NCBI GenBank assembly: GCA_041649835.1
Contig: JBAZML010000001.1
Span: forward strand, 38,722-102,721
Length of the DNA stretch: 64,000 bases
Source of the DNA: Candidatus Shapirobacteria bacterium
GTDB lineage: Bacteria > Patescibacteriota > Microgenomatia > UBA12405
Direction: 5' to 3'
Under the pieces are notes generated by a model. The model saw only the letters and a program-made list of their open reading frames with translations, ran no database searches and had not been told where the DNA came from. Each line of letters starts with the position of its first letter. The stretch's first letter is position 1. The translations under genes and the position numbers were made by a program. This document shows, piece by piece, positions 40,713 through 50,862 of this stretch.

Positions 40713-41211
40713 TGTTTTTTAGCCAAATAGTCAGACATTCCTCCGAAAGACTGAGTCTATTAATAAAATTACTATCGTTAATACTTAAATTAACAATCGA
40801 CAAATAGTTTGAGAGAAAGAGTTGGTGTTCGGCAAAAAATTTATCAATATCGATAAAAGTTTTGAAATAATTCTTGGCTTTGTAAAGTTTAATTAAAAAC
40901 TCTTGACTCAGATCTAGACTAATAATGAATACTTTATAGCCGGATTTTAAAATTTCTTCCTGGTAACTTTTCCACTGGCGATCAATACTAGCGTCAAGTA
41001 TAAATGAATTTCCTGTTTTGAACAAAGCAGCTAAGCGATTTAAACTTCTTTTTCTAAATTCTTTTTCATCAAATTTTAATAAATCTTCGGTAACTTCGGT
41101 CCTAATTGAATCATTATTAAATACAGGTAAATTAAATTTTTCGCTCAAATAGTTTGCTAGTGGGGTTTTTGAAGAACCTGGAGGACCAGCAAAGGTAATG
41201 ATATATTTCAT
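40702..41211 (-). CDS. P-loop NTPase / small-molecule or nucleotide kinase-like protein
   Basis: Walker A FAGPPGSSKT. 169 aa. Confidence 0.5.
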   Translation of the reverse strand: MKYIITFAGPPGSSKTPLANYLSEKFNLPVFNNDSIRTEVTEDLLKFDEKEFRKRSLNRLAALFKTGNSFILDASIDRQWKSYQEEILKSGYKVFIISLDLSQEFLIKLYKAKNYFKTFIDIDKFFAEHQLFLSNYLSIVNLSINDSNFINRLSLSEECLTIWLKNNGS

Positions 41212-41741
41212 TATTTTTTCTTGTTTCGATTTGCAAATTTGGCACCAATCTTGGCATGATGAAAGCGTGATTCAAAAACTGATTGACGCTGATGTTCAAA
41301 ATCTTTGGGTGAGTGAAAATGTTTAAGTGCCGGATGGCCAGGATTAGCGTCAATTGTATCTTCTTTAGTAACCTTTCTACCTACTATTGGTTTACCATTT
41401 AACCCAGTTGCTTGGGCTCGTTGAGGGTGACGTTTTAGGGCTTCCAGATGCCGCTCCTGACCTTCAGGGGTTAAGAAGGGATCAGGTTCTGAGTAATCGA
41501 CAATAATGGCTAAATCACCAAGCTTGTAGCGATTCATTTTTTCTTTGGCAGCAACAGCCGATTCCAATTCATCAAATTCGATGAATCCCATCCCCCGACT
41601 TTTGCCCCAACGATTGTGCATTATTTTTAGAGAGATGACTTTACCAAAAGGAACAAAGAGTTCAAGTAACTCCCCTTCTGTAAAACGAAAGGGTAAAGAG
41701 CCTATGAATAGGCGTTTATTGGGCGAATGTTTTTGATCCAT
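41211..41741 (-). CDS. RRM-domain RNA-binding protein with a basic C-terminal extension
   Basis: RNP-2 LFIGSL and RNP-1 KSRGMGFIEF. Confidence 0.7.
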   Translation of the reverse strand: MDQKHSPNKRLFIGSLPFRFTEGELLELFVPFGKVISLKIMHNRWGKSRGMGFIEFDELESAVAAKEKMNRYKLGDLAIIVDYSEPDPFLTPEGQERHLEALKRHPQRAQATGLNGKPIVGRKVTKEDTIDANPGHPALKHFHSPKDFEHQRQSVFESRFHHAKIGAKFANRNKKK

Positions 41742-41766
41742 ATAATAGGTATTATATAATATCCAG

Positions 41767-42396
41767 ATGATTAAATACGAAGTCTTGGTTTTAGGCGAAT
41801 TAAAAACAAACTGCTATTTAGTTTGGAATGATAAAAGTAAAGAAGCGGTCGTGATAGACGCGGCTGACGATGGAGTGGCAATTTCTGATGAAATACAAAG
41901 ATTGGGTCTTAATTTAAATTATGTTTTGGCTACTCACGGACATTTTGACCATAATTTGGGAGTACTTGATTTAAAACTTATTTATAAGATTCCTTTCGCT
42001 TGCAGTCAAAAAGATTGGTTTTTATTGGAGAGACAGCAAGAAACTGCAAAACATTTTTTGGGAATGAATATAACAGTACCAAATTTAAAAAAAATAGATA
42101 TTGATTTGAATTTGGAAGAGGAAATTATATTAGGTGAGGAAAAAATAAAAATCATTAAAACCCCTGGGCATACACCAGGTGGGGTTAGTTTTATAATTAA
42201 TGATAATATTTTTTCCGGAGACACTTTATTTGCCGAGGGAATGAGGGGACAAACAACCTACAACTATTGTTCCACAAAAGATATTTTTGAAAGTATCTAT
42301 AAAATTTTAGATTTACCTGAAAATACAACTATTTTACCTGGGCATGGGGAAGAAACAACGGTAGCAGAAGCGCGGAGTTTTTTTAAAAAAAATTAG
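41767..42396 (+). CDS. MBL-fold metallo-hydrolase
   Basis: HGHFDHN and TPGHTPGG motifs. Confidence 0.8.
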   Translation: MIKYEVLVLGELKTNCYLVWNDKSKEAVVIDAADDGVAISDEIQRLGLNLNYVLATHGHFDHNLGVLDLKLIYKIPFACSQKDWFLLERQQETAKHFLGMNITVPNLKKIDIDLNLEEEIILGEEKIKIIKTPGHTPGGVSFIINDNIFSGDTLFAEGMRGQTTYNYCSTKDIFESIYKILDLPENTTILPGHGEETTVAEARSFFKKN

Positions 42397-42593
42397 ACTT
42401 GGCGAATTGAGTTGATTGTTTCTTCAAAGTTCTGAAGATTATCCTGTTTAAGTGATTCAAGTAATTCCACCACCAGATTCTCAAAATATGATTTGACAGC
42501 TGCAGACTGCTCCGGGGTTAATTTTTGTTCTTTAATTAGCTCTTCTATCGTTTGCATAAGCACATTATATCGGATTACGGTAAAATATGGCAA
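42393..42593 (-). CDS. Hypothetical small helical protein (66 aa)
   Basis: ORF only. Convergent with the MBL gene, overlapping it by 4 nt. Confidence 0.25.
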   Translation of the reverse strand: MPYFTVIRYNVLMQTIEELIKEQKLTPEQSAAVKSYFENLVVELLESLKQDNLQNFEETINSIRQV

Positions 42594-42607
42594 CCTACAC
42601 TTATCTA

Positions 42608-42678
42608 TTCCCCATCGTCTAATGGTAGGACACTACGCTCTGAACGTAGGAATTGTGGTTCGAATCCATGTGGGGAAA
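42608..42678 (+). tRNA. tRNA-Gln (anticodon CUG)
   Basis: Manual fold: acceptor TTCCCCA/TGGGGAA (U1:A72), D-arm GTCT-AATGGTA-GGAC, anticodon stem CTACG/CGTAG with loop CTCTGAA, and a TTCGAAT T-loop. Confidence 0.8.
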
Positions 42679-43025
42679 CATTTACGCTAATGTAGTGAGT
42701 TAGTTAAGGCAATAGTGTTATCTGGTCAGGTTCAAAATATTCTGCTGCTTATTTTATCTTGATATGGGAAGGGAAACATCGGGAAAAACACCAGATCTAT
42801 GGCAAGAATTACATTCAGCAGAAATGGGGACGCCGGTTTCACTCATTTCAGTGACTGTACCGGATATGCCGGCACAAGGTTCTCGGTTAAGTTTTGTGTG
42901 TTCAAGAATTACAACTGAAGTTTCTATTTTAGTTGACATAGGGTTTTTATTATACTACATGCGTAGTTTAAATAAAAGTCATTCCCCAACTTCAAGATTG
43001 AAATATATTTTAGAGATTTAGCTGT

Positions 43026-43760
43026 TCAATAGTATCGACCAATAAGGACTACCTTTTGGGAGTTTTCCTTCATTCTTTTCATAACCAATTCAAAAGATAC
43101 AGGTTCTTCATTTTCCTTCCAACAGTCGTAATCGGTAACCATGGCAATTGATTGATAGGGAATTTTTAACTCGTTGGCTAGTGAGACTTCAGGAACAGTT
43201 GACATATTAATCAAATCAGCCCCCCAATTTCGAAACATGGCCGATTCAGCTTTAGTCGAAAAACGAGGACCTTCTATCGTGATCATGGTTCCCCTTGAAT
43301 GAAAACCAAGTTTTAATTTTTCAGCTGATTTGATTAATTCTTTTCTTAAAATTAAATCAAAAGGCTCAGCCATCGGAGTATGAATCACTTCGTCTTCAAA
43401 AAAAGTTAATTTTCGCAGCTTGGTGAAATCAATAAATTGATCGATAAAAACCAAGTCACCTGGTTTCATTTCTTCTTTTAATGATCCACAGGCGGTGGTT
43501 GCCAAAATATGGGTACAACCAATTTCTTTCAAAGCCCAAATGTTAGCTCTAAATGGTATTTTGGTGGGAGAGATGCTATGTTGCTTGGCATGTCGGGCCA
43601 AAATCACTACCTCCTTGTCGTTGATTAAACCACCAAGCAAGGAATCAGAAGTTTTTCCATATGGAGTGTCTACATTTATGTCATTTGATTTTTTTAAAAT
43701 TTGAGGATTGTCTAAACCGCTACCACCTATAATTCCAATTTTTATTTTATTCTTGATCAT
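43026..43760 (-). CDS. mtnP: 5'-methylthioadenosine / purine nucleoside phosphorylase (PNP family 2)
   Basis: IGIIGGSGL phosphate-binding start and an MTAP-like core. Confidence 0.75.
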   Translation of the reverse strand: MIKNKIKIGIIGGSGLDNPQILKKSNDINVDTPYGKTSDSLLGGLINDKEVVILARHAKQHSISPTKIPFRANIWALKEIGCTHILATTACGSLKEEMKPGDLVFIDQFIDFTKLRKLTFFEDEVIHTPMAEPFDLILRKELIKSAEKLKLGFHSRGTMITIEGPRFSTKAESAMFRNWGADLINMSTVPEVSLANELKIPYQSIAMVTDYDCWKENEEPVSFELVMKRMKENSQKVVLIGRYY

Positions 43761-44268
43761 AGCTTACTAAATAATTTAATTTATATGACTTCAATTTTTG
43801 ACTACCTCCTAAAAATGGTAAGTCGACAATAAAGCTCATTCCGACAATTTCCCCACCCAGCCTTTCAACTAGCTTGGCAGCTGCCATGACAGTTCCCCCG
43901 GTGGCGAGTAGATCATCAACAATCAAAACCTTTTCTCCTTTCTTTATAGCATCCTTGTGAATGGTCAAAACATCCAATCCATACTCCTTTTGATAACTCT
44001 CTTCAATCGTTTCATAAGGTAATTTGCCCTTTTTCCTAACCAATGAAAGACCACAACCAATATTATAAGCAATAGTGCTTGCCAAAATAAAACCACGGGC
44101 ATCGATAGCCACTACCTTATCAACACCCTTTTTTAAAAATGGTTTTGACATCTCGTCAATTGTGTATTTAAGTAATTTTTTATCCTGCAATAGGGTAGTG
44201 ATATCTTTAAAATTTACTCCTACTACCGGCCAATTTGGTACTTCTCTAATAAAAGGTTTGATGTCCAC
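43747..44268 (-). CDS. apt: Adenine phosphoribosyltransferase
   Basis: PRPP-binding motif [13 protein letters not shown]. Confidence 0.9.
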   Translation of the reverse strand: MDIKPFIREVPNWPVVGVNFKDITTLLQDKKLLKYTIDEMSKPFLKKGVDKVVAIDARGFILASTIAYNIGCGLSLVRKKGKLPYETIEESYQKEYGLDVLTIHKDAIKKGEKVLIVDDLLATGGTVMAAAKLVERLGGEIVGMSFIVDLPFLGGSQKLKSYKLNYLVSYDQE

Positions 44269-44307
44269 TTATTAAAAACAAACAATAATCAACAAAATAA
44301 TATTACC

Positions 44308-47300
44308 TTATTTTTTCTTTCTAATCGCACTGAAAAGATAAAACACAAAACCAATTCCGGAGATAACAATTGAAAATATGACAAAAAAGATACTGGAACT
44401 ACCACCAATTGAAAGACTTGATAAAGGGGAAAAACCATCACCAGAAGATTCAAGATTGGAACCCATCATCAAACTTGAAGATTTGTTTAATGAGGACGAG
44501 GGTGAGAGAATCATGTTGCCAAAAATGGGGGAACGTTGATTATTTTCAACTGGAGAACTATCCTGATAACGATCATAACTATTAATGTTGTCATTGAGTC
44601 TGTCGAATTGCTGTTCGTTAACTAAGGCAATTAATGATGAATAAGGACTAACAATATTAGACTTCTCAGAAATAGAATTGAGCTCATCCATAATGGTAAT
44701 GTCACCGACAATTTCCCGATTTTGATTTTGGGCAAATTTAATTTGAAGACCTTTGTTGGCAATATTAGCAAAGTTGGATGGGGGTGAAAAAACTGAATCG
44801 GGAAGAAAGCTTAGTAAATTGCTGTATTGTAAGCTCCAAAACTTATTTATAGTGACTGTCCCCTCTCCGTATTTTTCTTTAGATATTTTGGTTAACAAAA
44901 ATGATTGTATAGCCTCGGTAAATGACAGAGCTGATCCACCACCGCTTTGCCAAGTTCCGCTAGTCATTTCCAAATTTAAAGGTGGAATTTTAGTTTCACC
45001 TATCCAATAGACGGTCGTCGGTAAAGAAAAAGGAAAATTCGAAAGCTGATTAAAAGAAATATTTTGACCAGTAATAATTAGAACTAAATCATATTTTTCG
45101 GTTATATTTCCCAATTTTGAAAAATCAGCAACTTTTGAAAAATAAACTGGTTTTAATTGTTCTTGATAGTTATTTGAATTCAGACGAACAGAGTGACTGA
45201 GAAGGTTGTTGAGTTTATAAAAATCTACGATTGAATTGTCCAGCCAATCAGACCCACCATTATTTATGATTTGGTTTAATTCTGACAATATATTGTTGTC
45301 CTTATTGTTAAATGAAGTATCGTAAATAATTGCCGTTCGATAATTTTTTAAAAGCGGCAAAAAAGTATTAATCTTTTGACAGGCAATATTTTTCAACTGA
45401 TCATCGTTGGCGTGATAAATCAACTTCACCTGATTGCTTAAACCTTGGAAATTAGTTGAATCAGATTGGGGTTGACATAAATCTAATTGAATATTTCTGG
45501 CAATATCAATTTTTGTTTCGGTCTCTTTTAAGGGAGCTATCTTACCATTGTTTTCCAGAGTAAAGGTACTTGAAGCATCGCTAAAAACATTCAACTTTTT
45601 GGAATATAGAGGTAGAGCAAAAGTTCCATTATTTTGAGCAATTACATAGCTGAAAGAAACTTTTTGTCGTTTTCCTTTTAAAGTGGAATTGTCATTTTTG
45701 GCAGGTATTGGAAAAATTCTTAGCCGATATTGGTTGGGTCCAGTTTGTTCTAATAGAGCTGGATCCCGTCTCTGTAACAATTCTCTTTCGTATGTTTTTT
45801 GGGCAGCACCTTTGGGAGCGATTATGCCAGGAAATTCAAGATTTGGTCCTAATTTAAGGTTATAAATAGTAGCTTCCGAAGGTAAATTAAACTCATAAAC
45901 TACTTCCTTTTGACTATATGTTTTATTTTCAAATTCTTCTTCAATGGTAACTGAAGCTAATAAACCATTATCATCCGGATTTATTTTAATGTGTCTAAAA
46001 GTAAGGAGAACATCTTTGTTACCGTTGTCGTTAGATTTTAAATTTTCTTTTTGATAATAGGGATAACCAAAAACATAGGTGAAATTTTGGGACAAAGTAT
46101 CCTGACCAGTTGAACCTTCCCGATAAACTAGGGGGTAAGCAACTTGAATAAAGACACTTTGCATGACACTCCCCAAGATTTTGTTATCAAAAGCCTGTTG
46201 ATACATTTCCTCGATACTGTCATCGTCTTCAGAAAATGGATAATAACTTCGTGAATCTAGTTTTTGGGTGACAAGATTTTTTAATTTACTCTCCTGATTG
46301 GTAAGAGAGGTGGCGGCTTTTTCCTGAATTTGGTAGTCAACCTCCTTGGTGGGAAAGTTGGCCAATTCTGATAATAAATGATTGTCGGGCCATCTAAAGA
46401 TACTTAAAGCAATTAAAAATATAATTAGTGACCAACTTATAAGGCTGTATCTGTCGAAACCTCTATCACCCAGAGTTTCCAGCAATAAAATTCGATTTTT
46501 ACCTAAAGATCTCCAGAGGGAAATAGTAAGGAAATAAGGAATCGAAAGTAGAACTAACACCAATGTGATGAGTAAAAATCCCCAACCAAGTGAAAAGAAT
46601 ACACCAGAATAATCAGTATAGTTACCATACGATTGATATCCAAAAGGGCGTGAAACATTATCAAAAACAAATTTGACGATAGTAACGATAATCGGTAAAA
46701 CAAAAAAAGATAAAAGAAAAGTATAATAAGTTGAAAAAACAGCCGCCATTTGTCCAAAAAATATAATAATCTTCCGTGAAAGGACGTTTATATTAATATT
46801 GCTAATATTTAGATAAAGTAAAAACGGAATGGTTAACAAAACCATGAGAGTCAATGAAATAAAAAGACTGGTCTGTCCAATTAAGCTGAGTGAAATATAA
46901 GCGAATAAGGCTAGAGGAACTTCAAAAAGAAAAAATAACTGCATTAAAGCAGAGCTGCTCCGTTGAAGACCCCGACGAATGGCAAATAAGATAGAAACAA
47001 CTGGCAATAAAAAAAGACAAACAAAAAGTATGGTTCTGGCAATCCCTAAATCTTTTAGAGATGAAAAAAACTTTTGACCATGAAGATAGGAAATGGCAAC
47101 AGAGATGTTGAATAGAAAAAAATAGATGTTATAACCCCAAAAAAATATTTTTGGAAAGATGCCACCAAAACGAGATTTCCTGGGGAGAGTCGATACTGGT
47201 GGTGAATTGGTTAGTCTGTCTATAACAATTTGTCGGGCAATTTGATTGGCCTCCAAAGAAAATTCTTCAGGAGTAATATCGTCTTTTCCGGAAAATATTC

Positions 47301-47508
47301 TAATTAATCCAGTTGATTCGTCAATTAATACGGCAATTCCAATAGGAGAATTTGGGTATTTTTTTCGATATTCAGTAAATATCGTCTGTTGAATTTCGGC
47401 TATTAATTCGGAGTGGGACACTCCTTGAGCGATTGCTAAATCACTAAGTTTTGCAAATTCACTTTTAATCACTATTAATAATTTACTCAAATTGTTATAA
47501 AAATGCAA
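44308..47508 (-). CDS. Large multidomain membrane protein: NusA-N-terminal-like domain + about 8 TM helices + VIT-like extracytoplasmic domain + C-terminal TM/basic tail
   Basis: 1066-aa uninterrupted ORF. Residues ~30-100 align with the NusA NTD (TEYRKKY…IAVLIDESTGLIRIF…NQIARQIVIDRL versus E. coli ATATKKKY…DVRVQIDRKSGDFDTF…TAKQVIVQKV). Ends GGSSSIFFVIFSIVISGIGFVFYLFSAIRKKK. Confidence 0.7.
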   Translation of the reverse strand: MHFYNNLSKLLIVIKSEFAKLSDLAIAQGVSHSELIAEIQQTIFTEYRKKYPNSPIGIAVLIDESTGLIRIFSGKDDITPEEFSLEANQIARQIVIDRLTNSPPVSTLPRKSRFGGIFPKIFFWGYNIYFFLFNISVAISYLHGQKFFSSLKDLGIARTILFVCLFLLPVVSILFAIRRGLQRSSSALMQLFFLFEVPLALFAYISLSLIGQTSLFISLTLMVLLTIPFLLYLNISNININVLSRKIIIFFGQMAAVFSTYYTFLLSFFVLPIIVTIVKFVFDNVSRPFGYQSYGNYTDYSGVFFSLGWGFLLITLVLVLLSIPYFLTISLWRSLGKNRILLLETLGDRGFDRYSLISWSLIIFLIALSIFRWPDNHLLSELANFPTKEVDYQIQEKAATSLTNQESKLKNLVTQKLDSRSYYPFSEDDDSIEEMYQQAFDNKILGSVMQSVFIQVAYPLVYREGSTGQDTLSQNFTYVFGYPYYQKENLKSNDNGNKDVLLTFRHIKINPDDNGLLASVTIEEEFENKTYSQKEVVYEFNLPSEATIYNLKLGPNLEFPGIIAPKGAAQKTYERELLQRRDPALLEQTGPNQYRLRIFPIPAKNDNSTLKGKRQKVSFSYVIAQNNGTFALPLYSKKLNVFSDASSTFTLENNGKIAPLKETETKIDIARNIQLDLCQPQSDSTNFQGLSNQVKLIYHANDDQLKNIACQKINTFLPLLKNYRTAIIYDTSFNNKDNNILSELNQIINNGGSDWLDNSIVDFYKLNNLLSHSVRLNSNNYQEQLKPVYFSKVADFSKLGNITEKYDLVLIITGQNISFNQLSNFPFSLPTTVYWIGETKIPPLNLEMTSGTWQSGGGSALSFTEAIQSFLLTKISKEKYGEGTVTINKFWSLQYSNLLSFLPDSVFSPPSNFANIANKGLQIKFAQNQNREIVGDITIMDELNSISEKSNIVSPYSSLIALVNEQQFDRLNDNINSYDRYQDSSPVENNQRSPIFGNMILSPSSSLNKSSSLMMGSNLESSGDGFSPLSSLSIGGSSSIFFVIFSIVISGIGFVFYLFSAIRKKK

Positions 47509-47598
47509 TCAATTGTATTTTGGAATACAAAATTACCCACAAAACTAAACAAATTTGAATTACTTGAAAATGATTATATAAATGTATAATCGAATTAA

Positions 47599-48249
47599 AT
47601 GAAAAGGCCTCATTTTTCCATTAAGGAAGTAAAAAAAATCATTGGTAAGGAACAGCCAAAACTTGTTTTTATTGCCGGAAAGACTTGTGTTGGAAAATCT
47701 ACCTTTGCCCGAGATTTAAAAATATGGGAATATGAACATTTAGAATTAGATTTGGTGGTTAGAGAAAGTGTCATAAAAAGATTTGGGGTATTAAACCCTA
47801 ATGAGGCTTTTTTAGTATATAAGGGTATTGCACCAGAAAATTGGCAAAAATCATTTGAGAAAGCGACTCATAAATTAATTGAAGAACGTTTAAAATTTTC
47901 CAAGGTTGTGGTTGACGCCGCTTTGGCTGATGTAGGTGTTTTGAAAAGAGTTTTTTCTAAAAAGCTTGATAATTTTTTTTGTGTCTATATACACCCTTTT
48001 AGCCGTGATTTTTATTATAAAAATATTTTTAACAGATTTGTTAATGATGCAAAAAATAATACGAGATCCTTTCCAATTTGGGACTATGTTACACCAGAAG
48101 TTTTTGATGATTATCAAATTAACGGCAATCAGGGATTAATGATTAATCAAGTTGTGTACCAATACGCAGACGAAAGTACTAAGCTATCAAAAGAACGTTT
48201 TGAACTATTTGAAAAAGCATACCCCAAGATTATATTGACCGGAAATTAA
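47599..48249 (+). CDS. P-loop kinase-like protein (AAA_33 / zeta-toxin-like fold)
   Basis: Walker A IAGKTCVGKST. 216 aa. Confidence 0.5.
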   Translation: MKRPHFSIKEVKKIIGKEQPKLVFIAGKTCVGKSTFARDLKIWEYEHLELDLVVRESVIKRFGVLNPNEAFLVYKGIAPENWQKSFEKATHKLIEERLKFSKVVVDAALADVGVLKRVFSKKLDNFFCVYIHPFSRDFYYKNIFNRFVNDAKNNTRSFPIWDYVTPEVFDDYQINGNQGLMINQVVYQYADESTKLSKERFELFEKAYPKIILTGN

Positions 48250-48261
48250 CCTTGCTTAAGA

Positions 48262-49281
48262 CTACCCTGTAAGTCGGGACAGATACGGAATTTTTGAAAC
48301 CAAGAAAGCTAGTAAATATGATGGAATAATGACTAAAATAAATGGAATTAAAAAATAAACAAGAGTGGAGGTCGGTAATAGTTTCCAAATAATTTCAATA
48401 AAAACGATATGGACAAAAAAAACAAAAAATGAATAGGAGGCAATAGTTTTTATCAAATTTAGATTTGTTTTAACTTTATCAAATAAATAGAAGAATAAAC
48501 TCCCTATATACAGTGTATAAATGAATCCCATTGGCCGCCAATTTGAATAAAAAGTTAAATAGTTTTTGGTCAGGCGATATAATATCCAAGCTTCGGCAGT
48601 TATCAAAATTGAAATAATAACCGTGGTAATTGTCAGACTAATTAAATGTTTTTTGACATAATCACGAATCTCCTGTTGATAGTGACTAGCTATAACTCCC
48701 AGAATAAAGGTATCCAAATTTAAAATAAAAACACCTATGGGTTGAGGTAAATTTAAGGGCTTAAAATAATAATCGTTGGCAAGCAAAACAATCTGAATTA
48801 ATCCAAAAAATAAGATGCTTTGTTTTTTGACAAAAAAATAATAATAACGATGAACAAGCGGGAAAAACAAATATAAAAGAAACAGAGAAGGAATAAAATA
48901 TAACTGATAAGAAGCACCTCCCGAAACCAACGATTTAAGAAAGTTCCCATTATAATTTGGATAAACAAGATATTGATAGATTGCACTCCAGAATATATAG
49001 GGCAATAATATTTTTGAAAAACGTTTTTTGATATAGGAAATAAAGCTTAAATTTGGTGGAGAGCTTAGTTCTAAAACAAAGGCTGAAATAAAGAAAAATA
49101 AAGGAACGGTAAAACGAGTGGCTTGGTTTATGTACAGAGTAAAAAAATTATTTGAAAAATCATATTTGACGAGTTCTAAAGTTTTTGTAGAAATATGAAT
49201 TAAGACAACAGAGATAATAGAAACAATTCTCAAAAGATCGATAGCATAATTGTATTTATCTACTTTGTCTATCTCTGACAT
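48262..49281 (-). CDS. Acyltransferase family 3 (OatA-like) membrane protein
   Basis: About 10 TM helices, with a [15 protein letters not shown] start typical of acyltransferase_3. Confidence 0.6.
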   Translation of the reverse strand: MSEIDKVDKYNYAIDLLRIVSIISVVLIHISTKTLELVKYDFSNNFFTLYINQATRFTVPLFFFISAFVLELSSPPNLSFISYIKKRFSKILLPYIFWSAIYQYLVYPNYNGNFLKSLVSGGASYQLYFIPSLFLLYLFFPLVHRYYYFFVKKQSILFFGLIQIVLLANDYYFKPLNLPQPIGVFILNLDTFILGVIASHYQQEIRDYVKKHLISLTITTVIISILITAEAWILYRLTKNYLTFYSNWRPMGFIYTLYIGSLFFYLFDKVKTNLNLIKTIASYSFFVFFVHIVFIEIIWKLLPTSTLVYFLIPFILVIIPSYLLAFLVSKIPYLSRLTG

Positions 49282-49315
49282 AGAAGAGTTTAACAGGAAG
49301 ATAAGAAAAATTGAT

Positions 49316-50404
49316 ATGATTAATTGGGTGATAAAAACAGAAAGAAAAACAAAAATTGTGGCGACAGTTGGACCTGCCAGTCAATCTGAAAATATAATTC
49401 TATCTTTAATAGATGCCGGGGTAAATGTTTTTCGTTTAAATACAAAATACAGTGATCTCAAATGGCATGAAGATAAAGTTAACCTAATCCACAAACTTGG
49501 AAAAAATCAAATTCCTGTCTTACTTGATATTCCCAGAAGCGATTTTGAAATAGTGGATAATGCAGATGTGTTAGCTTTATCTTACGTCAAAAATGCTGAA
49601 GAAATAATCAAACTGAGAGAAAGGTTGAAAAAAAGAGGTAAAACAATTCCAATTATTGCTAAAATTGAAAATTCATCAGCCGTCAATAATTTGAAGGAAA
49701 TTGTTACTGTCGCAGATGGAATTATGGTGGCCCGAGGTGATTTGGGACGAAATGTTCCGATTGAAAAATTGGCAGTCATTCAGGAAATTATTATCGATGA
49801 ATCAAGAAGGCAAAATAAACCGGTAATTGTGGCTACGGAAATGTTGTTATCAATGACTTATAGTGAACTTCCGACCAGAGCTGAAGCTTCTGATGTCGCC
49901 CACGCGGTATTCGACGGTGCTGATGCCCTGATGTTGTCAGAGGAAACTGCAATTGGTAAATATCCGGAATTATCGGTAAAAACAATGGCTAAAATTTTGA
50001 AATATAGTGAGGAAAATGGGACTATTAAAAATATTTTAAGTAAAAATTCCACTTTTTCGGACCATTTAATCGAAGCAGCTGAAAAGGTTGCATCTCAAAG
50101 TGATGGAATTATTGTATTCACTAAATCCGGAAATTCTGCCAGAAGACTTAATAACTATCGTTTAAAACAAAATATCATTGCCGTAACTGATGAAATAATT
50201 ACTGCAAATTTGCTTAAATTTTCTTTTGGCATTATTCCTTATTTTAAAAAATTTGAAAAGTTAAATTACAGTATAGAAAATGTAATTTTTGAAGATTTGT
50301 TGAACGTCGGACTAATTAAGAAAGGACAAAAACTCCTAATAGTCCATGGAAATAACTGGATGCAAAGCGGATCAATAAATAATCTGAGCTTAATGAAAAT
50401 TTAG
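49316..50404 (+). CDS. pyk: Pyruvate kinase
   Basis: [11 protein letters not shown], …MVARGDLG…, and a C-terminal effector domain. Start moved to ATG 49316 to avoid overlap with the upstream gene. Confidence 0.85.
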   Translation: MINWVIKTERKTKIVATVGPASQSENIILSLIDAGVNVFRLNTKYSDLKWHEDKVNLIHKLGKNQIPVLLDIPRSDFEIVDNADVLALSYVKNAEEIIKLRERLKKRGKTIPIIAKIENSSAVNNLKEIVTVADGIMVARGDLGRNVPIEKLAVIQEIIIDESRRQNKPVIVATEMLLSMTYSELPTRAEASDVAHAVFDGADALMLSEETAIGKYPELSVKTMAKILKYSEENGTIKNILSKNSTFSDHLIEAAEKVASQSDGIIVFTKSGNSARRLNNYRLKQNIIAVTDEIITANLLKFSFGIIPYFKKFEKLNYSIENVIFEDLLNVGLIKKGQKLLIVHGNNWMQSGSINNLSLMKI

Positions 50405-50847
50405 TTTTTATAAAGAGACTTGATTTGGAAAAGAATCCAAAAAGAAATGGCGCCACCAATAATTATTGAACCAAGATTCAAACTTAAAACCGAGCTAAGA
50501 AAGCTGATTAATGAAGCATAAAACATATATTTCCAGGCTTGCTTAGTTTTTTTGAAAAGACCAGGAATGGCTAAAACTTCGAAAACTAAAGCGGCCAATG
50601 AAATAATTCCAATCAAGGAAAATGAGAATCCCGGCCGGACACCACTCATATAGGCGAATGGCATGGCAACAGTAGTTAATCCAAAAGCTAGCAACAAGGC
50701 CGGTAGCGAAAAGACGAGAACGGCAATAGTAAGATATGGACTATATTTGACAATAAGTTCCTTTATATTTTCTGGCATAACGGGGGCTTTTTTACCAAAA
50801 TAATAGTCTAACTTATCCTCAATTTGACCTAAATAATTATTATTCAT
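50401..50847 (-). CDS. Hypothetical 4-TM membrane protein
   Basis: ORF with hydrophobic segments only. Confidence 0.4.
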   Translation of the reverse strand: MNNNYLGQIEDKLDYYFGKKAPVMPENIKELIVKYSPYLTIAVLVFSLPALLLAFGLTTVAMPFAYMSGVRPGFSFSLIGIISLAALVFEVLAIPGLFKKTKQAWKYMFYASLISFLSSVLSLNLGSIIIGGAISFWILFQIKSLYKN

Positions 50848-50862
50848 TAACAGTATTTAAGC

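Noticed and set aside
42680-42800. Possible SRP (4.5S) RNA because of CTGGTCAGGT and GGGAAGGGAAAC tracts
   Set aside because: The order and pairing of the tracts do not reproduce the conserved domain IV helix-8 (…AGGUCAGGUCCGGAAGGAAGCAGCC…). Identity not supported by eye.
42754-43021. Two mutually overlapping small ORFs (61 and 85 aa) after tRNA-Gln
   Set aside because: They overlap on opposite strands, have no RBS and show no protein-like composition. The region is treated as a possible ncRNA instead.
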